A DNA stretch of 59,155 nt, the filler included, from Basidioascus undulatus (lineage: Eukaryota), in NCBI GenBank assembly GCA_000826855.1. It is 3 parts of 3 records of this genome, joined end to end, with 100 filler letters (N's around TTAATTAATTAA, not from the genome) between each part and the next. Parts side by side here need not be neighbours in the genome. Positions count along the whole stretch, not along the records: positions 39,511 to 59,155 come from JTLS01000410.1; 2 more parts are not named here. One strand, written 5' to 3'. A program made the position numbers and the translations under genes. The notes below the pieces were generated by a model. That model was not told where the DNA came from, did no database searches, and worked only from the letters and a program-made list of their open reading frames with translations. The first letter of the stretch is position 1. Each line of letters starts with the position of its first letter. Below, one piece after another: positions 48,469-59,155 of the stretch.

Positions 48469-51248
48469 TCAAGTGGAGTAGCGGAAAGAGGGGTTCTGTC
48501 CGACCATCGCAGCTGAGCATCCCGCACGACTTCAGCCTCAAACTCCAAGAACGCACCTCGAAATCCGTCAAGTTCTGAAACTGATCAATCAGGTCCCCGG
48601 CCTCCGCCTTCTCACCCTGCGCCTCGGCCGCACGGGTCTTCTTGCGGTTGAGGTAGTAGCAGTACGCGCCGTAGGTCAGGATGAGGAAGACGTTGACGCA
48701 GTAGCAGACGAGCATGGCTACGACGCCGCCGGAGTAGGCGGGGGCTTCGGATGCCCGGAATGTTTGGGGGCCGATGAGGTTCTGAAATCAAGGGGAGGGG
48801 AATGTCGGTCGAGGCTGCTGTGAAAGATTACATGAAGTGACTCACGCCGATGCAGTATCCTGCGTGCATATTTTGAAGTCACTATGAGGTTAAGGAAAGG
48901 TGCAAAGAGACTTCTGTCCGTACCGATGTAGTTGGTTCCTGTGGCAGCCAGGGAAGGTGTGTCAGCGACATGCAGCCTAAGTTACCGAGGCACCTGACCT
49001 GACATGCAAAAATTGAAAAGAAACCGCTTACCGTAAACCATGGACTTCTTGGTGTGACCGCTATAAAGGCGAAGACATCCTCAGCCGCGCTGTCGCAGGG
49101 GACACTTGAGCAGCAACTAACGCAGTGTTGGCCATGAGCAAGCCGAGCATAACAATGTACGGGGCGAAGTACCTGTATGATTAAGGTTTCAGTCCGTGAA
49201 GTTGCAGGCTTGCGCTTCAGTAACTCACGTGTACAAGATGTACAGCCCGACAATCTGCCCAGCGAGGTCGCTGCGCGGGATGGCTGGCAGGAGGGAAGGG
49301 GGCTATAAGTGTGCAGGTTCTTGAATGGGATTGAAACTTGGACTCACTGTGCAGCATAACAGTCCCAACAATCGGGAGGCAGCACGACACCGCTCCGACG
49401 AGGGTGCGTCTGTTGGGCATGCGTCCGGCGAGCCATGAGAAGAAGAACGCGGCGAGCGTGGACATGACGCCGGTAGGCATGCCGAGCAGCGCGGAGATAG
49501 GAGAGGAGAAACCGAGGTTGTGGATGATGATGTTGTTGACTGTGCGAAGGAGGGAAAGTCAGGACAGTTTGGCAGTGGAGGAGAACTCACAGGTCGTCAA
49601 GCCGCCCTTTATCGGAGTCGTCGATGTTAACTAGAGAACTAGGGCGGGTGAGGGGTTTCCAGGGACTCACGTTCGGGACGTTTGCGGCCAACACGAAGAA
49701 GAAGGCCAAGTACGTTTTGGGGTCAAGGATGCCTTCGCGGATTTGGTACCTAGCCGAGGATATTGAAAGTCAAAAACAGCCATATGTAACATAGAGAGAA
49801 GGAATCCTCGCCATTTCACTGCTCTCAACACCGGTCTTGTTGTCCCGCAAGCGGTGGACAGCAATGAGCTGTACAAAACCCTATGAGCCAACAGCGCAAG
49901 GTATAACCGCCACGGCTCACGCACCTTCTCACGGTCCGAGAGGAAGAACGCGTCGTACGGGCCGTTGGGGAGGATGAACCACATGAGGATAGCCCAAAGA
50001 ACGGTGCTACGAGACACCCATCAGCGATGACCGCCTTTTCCCCCGGCCGGAAAACATCGAAGACGTACAAGCCACCCAGGGCAATGAAGATGATCTTCCA
50101 GACTGCGATGCTGGTGTCGGTGTTGCGGCTGGCGAAGTAACTGATCAAGCCATTGATAACCGAGCTGAAAGCACTGAAGACTATGGCAGTTCGAGTTGGC
50201 CTGTGACAGTTTGTTGTGGTGAGTATGTCTGCCTGCCATAGCGAGGACACTGGAGACGCACTGTTCCGAGCGGCGGTACCAGCCTGCGATGAGGAGGGAG
50301 ATACCGGGCACGATGATACATTCGAAGAGTCCCTAGTTGGCCGGGTATAGGTAAGCCTCAAGCTTGAAGGATCTGGAATGGGGGAACGAGGGCTCACAAG
50401 AAGGATCCGGCAAACATCAACGCCGCGAATGACGAGCATGCCGACATAACCATCAAAATGGCTCTGCACGAAGAAAAATTTCAGCACAATTGCGTGTTAT
50501 AGTTGTTTAAATAATAAAATTCTGACCCCCAGCCGAAAATGTTGACGGTGAGGTATTTGCCCGATGGGAACTTCTGCATCGCCCACAAGGACGGGAACAT
50601 GAAGACGAGGGCGGCATAGAACTGGTGATGAAAAGTCAAATAAGATAAATATGTGCATATTGGAAAACGAAAACCAAATTTGGTACGCACGTTGATCGAG
50701 CCTGCCCAAGAGTACTGTTGTCCAACGAGGTTGTTGTCTTCCCGCAGCCTGAACGAGCGTCCACAGTTTAGTGAGTTCAGGTTTCACAAACCGCCAGCCT
50801 CGAAAAACTCACCCGAAGATGGCAGCACTTCCTATAGCAACTTTGTCTACACCGCCCAAGGTTGCCGAACTGATGGGTTGCAGCGGGTGTCAGTCGAGTT
50901 GGCAGTGAACGCAAGTGGGCCGGGAGTTGGCCACGTACATCCACAAAAGGATCATCACGCGAATGTCGATCTTGCGGACCAGTTTGCGTTCCTCCTCCTG
51001 CGAATTGAATAAGAGGCCAATGCACACATGTCGCGGAAGTGCCTAACACGCACCTCAGTCCACGAGAAGTTCTGGACTGCATCTTTGCCTTGCTCCTCCT
51101 CGATCCTTGCAAGAAGCTGCGCGGCCACATCGCCCTTCTTGCTTGGCTTGTGGCCCTTCGTGACCATGCTTTGATTAGTTGAGAAGGAATAGACCATAGC
51201 TACTTCTACGTTGACGTCAGGTTTGTTGGATTTGAGCGAGGGTGACAT
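48469..51248 (-). pseudogene. MFS anion:cation symporter, allantoate-permease (Dal5-like) family; apparently frameshifted
   Basis: ERKLVRKID, GLREDNNLVGQQYSW, GWYRRSEQPTR, NVPNGGLTTF, ANTAGHTKK, GNLIGPQTF, NLTDFENPSFRY. A -1 frameshift at about 50414 and a second frame break at about 49815-49822. Confidence 0.8.
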
Positions 51249-51936
51249 GTTGGCGGGGACGAGCGGGGGAGTTCTGTGAGTTCCGAAGTGCTGCGACGGG
51301 GTATTTGTACGACGAGCACTGCGACTCGGGAAGGCAGGGCAGCAAGTCCCGTGGTGATAAGGATATTTAAAATAGCTAGGTGTCTGAACAAGAGAATACA
51401 TACAACTGTTACGCGATAACGTTGTGGCGCTCCGGCCAGGCACGCATGATCACCGTTGTCGGCAACCTCCAGACGGGTAAAGAGCAGGGGTGCCCTCGCA
51501 TCCTTCTCCTTCAAAATCCTTTATCAAGACGGCTAAACGGTCCATGGTGTAGGTTCTCTTCTCCCTCGGTCCGGTGGGGTAAGCCTGTCAAGTTGACGGG
51601 TCAACGAGGATGCGAAAGTGAAGCCGCTGGCAGGCGCGGCCCGCCGTCGACGGCAAATATCCACCTTATCGTGACCCAAATGCACGGCTAAAGAAGGCGT
51701 CTTCCGGCTTCCCTTCCGAGCTGTCGCTAATCAGCTCCGATGTCCACAGGATGTGACGGTGACCCTGAGGTTCCCAACAATCGGTTCGCATGCTCAGCGT
51801 CAGCTATCTGAGCAGTGCCTGCTCATCTTAAGAGGGACGTCCCACGAAGTCTCACAACTTATCCCCCCTTCTAACCATCCAAGCGACTTCAAACTTACAC
51901 CGGATTTCCCCTTCTATTCGTCTCCAACCCTTCATC
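51249..51936. promoter_or_regulatory. Bidirectional promoter with five GATAA-core elements (candidate AreA/Gat1/Gln3 nitrogen-regulation sites)
   Basis: GATAAG 51356-51361, GATAAC 51415-51420, TTTATC 51520-51525, CTTATC 51665-51670 and CTTATC 51858-51863 between the divergent ATGs. Confidence 0.55.
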
Positions 51937-54900
51937 ATGCCGACCGCCGTTCCTATTGCCCCTGTAGATGGAGACATCTCCATTGCAATCGGTGAGCTTA
52001 CAATGTCACTTGTGTTGCTTCATGCTCATTATCACCGGAGATGCTCTCCACAGACCGCGGCGGGACTTTCACCGATCTTTGGGCGCACATCCCGGGGCGC
52101 ACATCCCCCTCGGACCCGTCCGTCCTCGAGGAGGAGGTCGTGCTGAAGCTGCTTTCTGTGGACCCTTCAAAGTAAGAGACCCACTCACTTTGAAGTTTGG
52201 GCCAATACTGAACTAGGGATACCCAGCTACCACGATGCCCCTACTGAAGGCATTCGCCGTGTACTGTGAGACTTTTGGTCGGTTCAAGTCCAGTGCTTCA
52301 AACTGACCTTGATCGCCTTATAGGGAGCTGGCTGGACAAACTATCCCGCGAGGTGTTCCAATGGACACCAGCCGCATCAGTACGTCGCATGTGCATCGTC
52401 ATGGCCCACAGTCCACTAATTACAAGTATGTACTTCTTCAGAGCTCATCCGCGCAGGTTCTACCGTCGCAACGAACGCTTTGCTGGAGCGCAAGGGCGAG
52501 CGCTGTGCCTTGCTTATCACCAAGGGTTTCCGTGATCTCCTCCTAATTGGTTCTCAGAGTCGACCTTGTGAGTTTTCTGTAGTCCGTAACTCTGTGGAAG
52601 TTTTGAAAGCTCATGTTCGTATCGTATTGACTTGCAGCGCTCTTCGATCTCACCTGCCGCAAGCCCGACGTTCTCTTTTCGGACGTGGTCGAGGTGGACG
52701 AGCGTGTCACCATCGAGGACTTCGCCGAGAACCCCGAGGCTGAGGAGGCCATAAAGACCCAGGAGGAAGGTGGAGATAAGGGCCTTGTTCGCGGTCTGAG
52801 TGGCGAAGTACTTCGGATTCTGAAGGAGCTCGGTGCGATACCTCGTTTTATGCTTGCCAGCCATCGGAAACTGACACTCTTCATGCGTACAGACCGTGAG
52901 GCCGTTCGAGCCGACCTTCAGCGCCTTTACGACTCGGGGTACCGCTCTATCGCGGTTGTCTTCGCGCACTCGTACACCTACCCCGACCACGAGGAGGCGG
53001 TGGTCGAGATTGCGACGTCTGTGGGCTTCGAGGTATGCAAATCTCTGTTTACACACTTCTCGAATTATTGTCTGAAACTCCATCCACAGAACATCTCGGT
53101 CTCGAGTCGCCTTCAGCGCATGATCAAGATCGTGCCCCGTGGCATGTCCAGCACCGCGGATGGCTACCTAACGCCTGAGGTGAAGCGTTATCTTAATGGC
53201 AAGTAATCTCCAAATATTTCAATGACGACCCACTCTGACAAGGAGCACTGTAGGCTTCGTCAAGGGTTTCAAGGGCGGTCTGCCGGCGCCCGGCGCCGGC
53301 GGCACCCGCTGCGAGTTCATGCAGTCCGATGGTGGTCTGGTGCACTTCTCCGAGTTCAGCGGTCTCCGTGCCAGTGAGTCGTCCTCACTGGAGTACTGCG
53401 ATCTTCTCGGTTCACTAAAGTCAGACGTATAGTCTTGTCTGGTCCCGCCGGTGGCGTTATCGGCTTCAGCCAGACTTGCTTCGATGCAAGCAAGGGCGCT
53501 GGCGGTGCTCCGGTTGTCGGTTTCGATATGGGTAAGTCCCACAGATATGGCTGAAGGTGATTCGTGATGCTAATGTGTGGGGCTTCCAGGTGGAACGTCG
53601 ACTGATGTCTCTGTAAGCAGCTCCCACACTCCTCTAAACTTCTCAAGTGTAACAGAAACTGAACCTTCTCCGCCTTCCAGCGCTACGGCGGCCAGCTCGA
53701 GCACGTCTTCGAGACTACGACAGCGGGCGTGACTATTCAGTCTCCTCAGCTGGACAGCGCGTAAAAGGTTTCCCAGATGATGACAGGTATACTGACAGCT
53801 GCAATCCTTATTCAGTCAACACCGTCGCTGCCGGAGGAGGCAGCATCCTCTTCTGGAAGAACCAGCTGTTCGTCGTGGGACCGGAGAGTGCTGGCGCACA
53901 CCCTGGCCCTGCCTGTTACAGGAAAGGGGGTATGTAACTTTCCATATCTGCTTCGTTTCCGTAGTCCGATGCTCAACATTGAGATCGACGCAGGACCATT
54001 GACTGTTACCGATGCCAACCTGTTTTTGGGCCGCCTGCTGCCGCAGTATTTTCCCAAGTGCGTGTCCTATGGCCGAGCTCAAGATAAAGTAATGCTGAAA
54101 CTTTCCCCCGTGGCCCTTACAAGATTTTTGGACCCACCGAGGACCAGCCGCTCGACTTCGACGTCACCGCTGCCAAGTTCAAGGAGCTCACTGAGACTAT
54201 CAACGCCGACATCGGCGGAAAACTCACGCCGGAGGAGGTTGCCTCTGGGTGAATATTGCTTTTATACCGAGTTAAGTACGTGAACGCAACTGAAACGCTT
54301 GTGGCTTCCGTACAGCTTCCTCAACGTCGCCAACGAGGCCATGGCGAGGCCTATCCGTGCCTTGACCGAGGCCCGTGGCTGGTCGACTTCCGCGCATGTT
54401 CTTTCTAGGTAAGTTAATTTAGTGTACACCCTCCCATATCAAAATTCGCATACCGAGAGGTCGGACGTACAGCTTCGGAGGCGCTGGTGGGCAGCACGCC
54501 TGCTCGATCGCAGCCACCCTCGGCATTCACAAGATCGTGATCCACAAGTGAGTCTCCCTAATCTGCAAAGGTCGTAAGCGGACGATGTGCTGATATTCCT
54601 TCAAACCAGGTACTCTTCTATCCTCAGCGCATACGGCATGGCCCTCGCGTGTGTCGTCGTCGAGGAGACGGAACCGTCCGTCGAGGAGTACACGTCTGAG
54701 AGCCTGCCTAGGCTGGAGAGCCGTATCGCTGCGCTGAAGGACAAGGTCTCGGCCAAGCTGCAGGACCAGGGCATCTGGGAGAGCGCGATTTCGTTCGAGG
54801 TCTACCTCAACCTCCGCTACCACGGCACGGAGACGAACTTGATGAGTAGGTCTTTCACACCGCTTTCCGAATGCTTCATTTGGAACCCAGGCTCACAGAA

Positions 54901-57900
54901 AATTCCCAGCCCTTCGGCCCGAGGACGGCGACTTTCTGCAAGCCTTCGAGACGCAGCACCTGCGCGAGTTCACTTTCACTTTCTCTGGGCGCCACATCCT
55001 CGTCGACGATATCCGCGTCCGCGGCATCGGCGCGAGCGCAGAGACCGCCTCTGCCACCGAGACCGTCGGAACGAAGCTCTGGCGCGAGATCGAGGATCTC
55101 GCGGAGCCCGGGCCCGTCGCGAAGGAGCTCCGCGCTTCGCTCGCGGACGTCTACTTTGAGGAGACTGGCCGTCAGCCGACGCCGGTTTACGAGCTCGGCG
55201 ACCTTGCGGCTGAGACTCTCGGGGACGGTCCGGCGCTCATCATCGACAAGTAAGGGTGAATTTCTCTTCACTGCATTTGTTTCGCTGGCTGAACTTGGCT
55301 TCTACAGGACGCAGACCATCGTTGTCACCCCGACTGCCACCGCCACCATCCTTTCTAACCATGTTGTCATCGGCGTCGGTCTCGGTAGTCGCAAGGCCCT
55401 GGACGCATCGCACATTGACCCTATTAAGTACATAGACTTCTAAAACCCCATAATTCACCATGGCTGACTGTTCGCTTTCAGGCTCTCGATCTTCGGCCAC
55501 CGCTTCATGAGCATCGCCGAGCAGATGGGTCGCGCGCTACAGAAGGTACGTTTGATACAGCCTCTATCGGGTTAGAAAGTATACTCTGACAGAGTCTTAT
55601 CACTGCAGACGAGCGTCAGCTTGAACGTCAAGGAGCGCCTCGACTTCTCCTGCGCGATCTTCTCGCCTGACGGTGGTCTTGTCGGTGAATGTTCCCGCCC
55701 GTCAGGCTCTCTTACCTTTCACAGCACTGACAGAGTATAATCCCAGCAAACGCCCCCCATGTTCCCGTCCACCTTGGAAGTATGCAATACGCCGTGCGCT
55801 ACCAAAAGGAGCTCTACAAGGACAAGCTCCAGCCTGGCGATGTTCTCGTGTCGAACCATCCCGGTACGGTTACGCTCATATCTTCGGTGCATTCCCGTAG
55901 CACTTATATGCAAATGTTGACTCGTTTTCAGAGGCTGGCGGCTCGCATAACCCGGACATCACGGTGATCACGCCGGTCTTTCAGGACGGCACCACCGAGA
56001 TCGTCTTCTACGTCGCCTCGCGCGCGCACCACACGGACATCGGGGTGCGTTTACTTTGTCTTCATATCCCCATACCATAATCTCCTGAAATTTTGCTCGA
56101 TTCCCCGCTCAGGGTCTCGGCGGCACGAGCATGCCGCCCGGGAGCACGGACCTGTGGCAGGAGGGCGCGGCGGTGCGCTCGTTCAAGCTCATATCGGGCG
56201 GGGTGTTCGACGAGGAGGGCATCATCGGCATCCTGCTTTCCCCAGGGAAGTACCCTGGCTGCAGCGGCTCGAGGCATCTGAACGACAACCTTTCGTGCGT
56301 CACATATCGCCCCTCATCTCCCTGACACACTCTGGTTTCTGACGGTTTTCGCGGGAGACAGCGATCTCAAGGCGCAGGTCGCTGCCAATGCCATCGGAAG
56401 CAAGCACATCCAGACGCTCTAAGAGTATGGCAAGGCGGTCGTGCAGGTGCGTCGTCTCATTTTCACCTCCCAACTCCCTCGCCGGCGTACTGAAATGCGG
56501 CTCTCTGCTAGGCGTACATGGGGGCGATCCGCTCCAACGCCGAGACCGCCGTGCGGTCCTACCTCAAGCAGACTTATGCAAAGTTTGGCGGTGCACCGCT
56601 TAAGGCGGTCGATTACATGGACAACGGCACGCCGATCGCGCTCGAGATCCGCATCGACACGAAGACGGGCTCGGCGGACTTCGTGGGTCTCTCCCCTGTT
56701 TGTGATGAGTTTCTTTGGTGCACTGACAAGGGGTTGGTGCAGGACTTTACTGGCACGGGATGCGAGGGTTACAACAACCTCAACGCCCCGCCCGCCGTCA
56801 CGTACTCGGCGATTCTTTACGTGCTCCGCAGCCTGATCAACCAGGACATCCCGCTCAACCAAGGCTGTCTCGGTGCGTCTCTTCATTTCCTCTCCCTGCC
56901 TACATAACTAAACGCTCATCCTGCCATTTTATCCTCACAGAGCCGATCAACGTCATCCTCCCCGAAGGAACGCTCCTCCGCCCGTCCTCCGGCGCAGCAG
57001 TCTGCGCAGGCAACACGAACACAAGCCAGCGCGTTGCGGACGTCGTGTACGCCTCCTTCCCCTTTTCCCTTTCTGTCCTCCCTTTGCCCACGAACTCACC
57101 CCCAACCCACAGCCTCAAAGCTTTCCAAGCCGCCGCCGCCAGCCAGGGGTGCATGAACTGCCTCGGTGCGTCTTTCTCCCACACTGCCTCCTCCACCAAC
57201 CGCGACTAATGGAGGGGAATTCCAGGCTTCTTCGGCACGGGAGGGAAGGACAAAGACGGCAAGCCCCTCGACGGCTTTGCGTTTGCCTACGGGGAGACGA
57301 TCTGCGGTGGGGCGGGCGCGGGGCCGGGGTGGCATGGCTCGTCCGGGCTGCATACGGGGATGACAAACACGAAGGTGCGGCTGCTTCCCTTCTGAGTTTT
57401 TTCGGCCTGCTGGTGGTTGGGGACTGAGAATGGATGTGTGGGGGCAGATCACAGACGTCGAGCTCATGGAGCGTCGCTACCCTCTCATCATGCGGGAGTT
57501 CTCCATCCGTGCCGGCTCAGGCGGGGCAGGGCAATACACTGGTGGTTCGTCTTTCCCCATTTCCCATTCCCACTTTCCTCTCTGCCCCCCTCCCTCCTGC
57601 TCTGACATAATTTTCGGGTGGCACCGATGACAGGCAACGGTGTGATCCGCGAGTTGGAGTGCCGCAGCCCGCTCAGCTTCAGCTTCATCACCGAGCGGCG
57701 CGTGCTGCAGCCGTACGGGATGGCGGGCGGCTCTCCCGGCGAGCGCGGGGCGAACTACTGGATTCGCAAGGGGGAGGATGGAAGGGAGCGGACGGTTAAT
57801 GTTGGGCCGAAGAGTGCGTGGCCTCCCCCTTCTCCCTCTTCCCAGTCCCCTTCTTCCCTCCCTGCCTTGCCCTTTCCCTTCCAAAAAGAGATGAGACTGA

Positions 57901-58091
57901 CATGGCGCTCTTCTTCAGACTTCATCAACGCCTCCCCAGGCGACCGGATCCGCATCCTCACGCCCGGAGGGGGCGGGTACGGCGCGCCTGGGACGGCCCC
58001 GGCCGCGGAGATCAAGAACAGGGAGCCGGAGCAGTATCCCCGCGCGTCCGGCTCGGTGAATGCGTACGTTAGGCAGCAGGAGGGGAACTGA
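51937..58091 (+). pseudogene. OXP1: ATP-dependent 5-oxoprolinase (hydantoinase A+B fusion); full length but with an in-frame stop and a splice-junction frame defect
   Basis: [107 protein letters not shown] at 56420-56422 and a one-G deficit at the 54059-54123 intron. Confidence 0.85.
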
Positions 58092-58886
58092 GGGGTGTTT
58101 AGAGATGTCGCGGCTGTTTCTTTTCTCTGTTTTTCTTTAATAGGCTACTCGGATGTGGATGTATGTCGCATGTCTTGTTTCGGCTCAAATGCTCTTGCGA
58201 ATGCGTGGCGTCTGTGCGCTGTGGATCTGGCTTGTTTTGTGGTTGTATCCCCATCAGCAACGGACCCTGCAGGAGGATGTCAAAAGCCGCTCTGAACTAG
58301 TTTCACGGGCTGCACAAGGGCTACATGAAACAGCTCCGCTCCGCCTGAGCTGCGATGCTGGGATGCCTCTACGGGCCAGTCTTGATCTTTGTCTTCTCTT
58401 GCGATATTCCAGACAAGTGGTTGGAAAAAGAAGACCCATACTATTAGCACGTTACAGTACAGCGTTCACCGAGCGCACTAAGAGAGAAGCCTGACTGCCC
58501 CACTGCCAGTGCGTCCCGAATCCTGAATCATTTCCCCGCGGGTTCGATTTTCTACTGTTTACAAGTATAGTCTTCCTTTCGTCAAAATATATGTATGCAA
58601 AACCCAAGAACATCTCGTAGAGTGCACCGCTTTCTGCCTCCACAGCAGTCCCCATTAGTGGCTGCCTGTTTGAAAGGTTGCAAGGCATGACAGCCACAGT
58701 CCTTTCAGTGGGCAAGCACAAAAGGCGTGCCTCTCGCATACAGGCAGGGAATGGCTAGTAAAAATGGTAGCGTAAAGAACAACACAGGGGCAGCTATTAG
58801 TACAGCAATACAACACCTCACAAAGTCCCTTTACAGTCCAGTGAAGCAACAGCGCAGCAGCAGCAGCGTCCCGCGACTCCCCCCTC

Positions 58887-59103
58887 TCAGCTCGCACTCC
58901 CCCATCCAGCGCTCCCCACCTCCCCCTCCCGCACCCTCAAATCCTCCTGCGTCGGCCACAGAACCCCTCCGCCAACGAACCCCTCCCTCCGCGCAGCCCT
59001 TATGTCCGCCGCGTGCTTCACCAGCGCGTACTCCGCCTCGGTCCAGCCGTTCGCGTGCGCGAGGGAGCGGAGGTATTGCTCGGCCGCGAGGAGGGGGTGT
59101 GGC
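58887..59103 (-). CDS. Last exon of an unidentified gene (5' part beyond the contig end)
   Basis: After a CCCTCAG acceptor: ...LLAAEQYLRSLAHANGWTEAEYALVKHAADIRAARREGFVGGGVLWPTQEDLRVREGEVGSAGWGSAS*, with GC-rich coding-type codons. Confidence 0.55.
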
Positions 59104-59155
59104 TGAGGGAAATCTCTGGGCGGTGGGGGGTGGATGGGGAGGAAGGAGGAGGCGC

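Noticed and set aside
56420..56422. A-to-I stop-codon correction or programmed readthrough in oxoprolinase
   Set aside because: TAA would need two edits, the segment is also one codon short, and the gene has another frame defect. Decay or error is simpler.
58530..58560. tRNA-like GGTTCGA T-loop motif (similar ones at about 11150 and 12486)
   Set aside because: No cloverleaf stems or A-box could be built.

Overview
Intron-rich, GC-rich fungal nuclear DNA. Short introns with GTGCGT/GTACGT/GTGAGT donors suggest a basidiomycete, possibly Pucciniomycotina (inference). The window is not one locus. It is three contigs of 19,660, 19,650 and 19,645 bp joined by artificial 100-nt N44-TTAATTAATTAA-N44 spacers. 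Contig 1: partial Sfp1-like multi-zinc-finger gene, a small secreted protein, a 16-bp minisatellite, ARP5, an orphan gene, RPL3, a small PAM2+AIM motif protein and a truncated putative DHHC palmitoyltransferase. Contig 2: Pro-rich partial gene, OMA1, a SLAC1/Mae1-type anion transporter, IML2/TTC39, a paraoxonase-like pseudogene, KAE1, a 7-exon secreted Gly-rich protein, another small secreted protein and the 3' end of aspartyl-tRNA synthetase. Contig 3: a truncated hypothetical gene, a UBA/Zn-finger/BIRC6-like E2, and a divergent allantoate-permease-family MFS / 5-oxoprolinase pair. That pair shares a GATA-rich promoter and both genes carry apparent inactivating lesions. Best candidates for new biology: the PAM2+Atg8-interacting-motif microprotein, the modular secreted Gly-rich protein and the co-decaying nitrogen-scavenging pair. 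All gene models are hand-spliced and no database searches were run.
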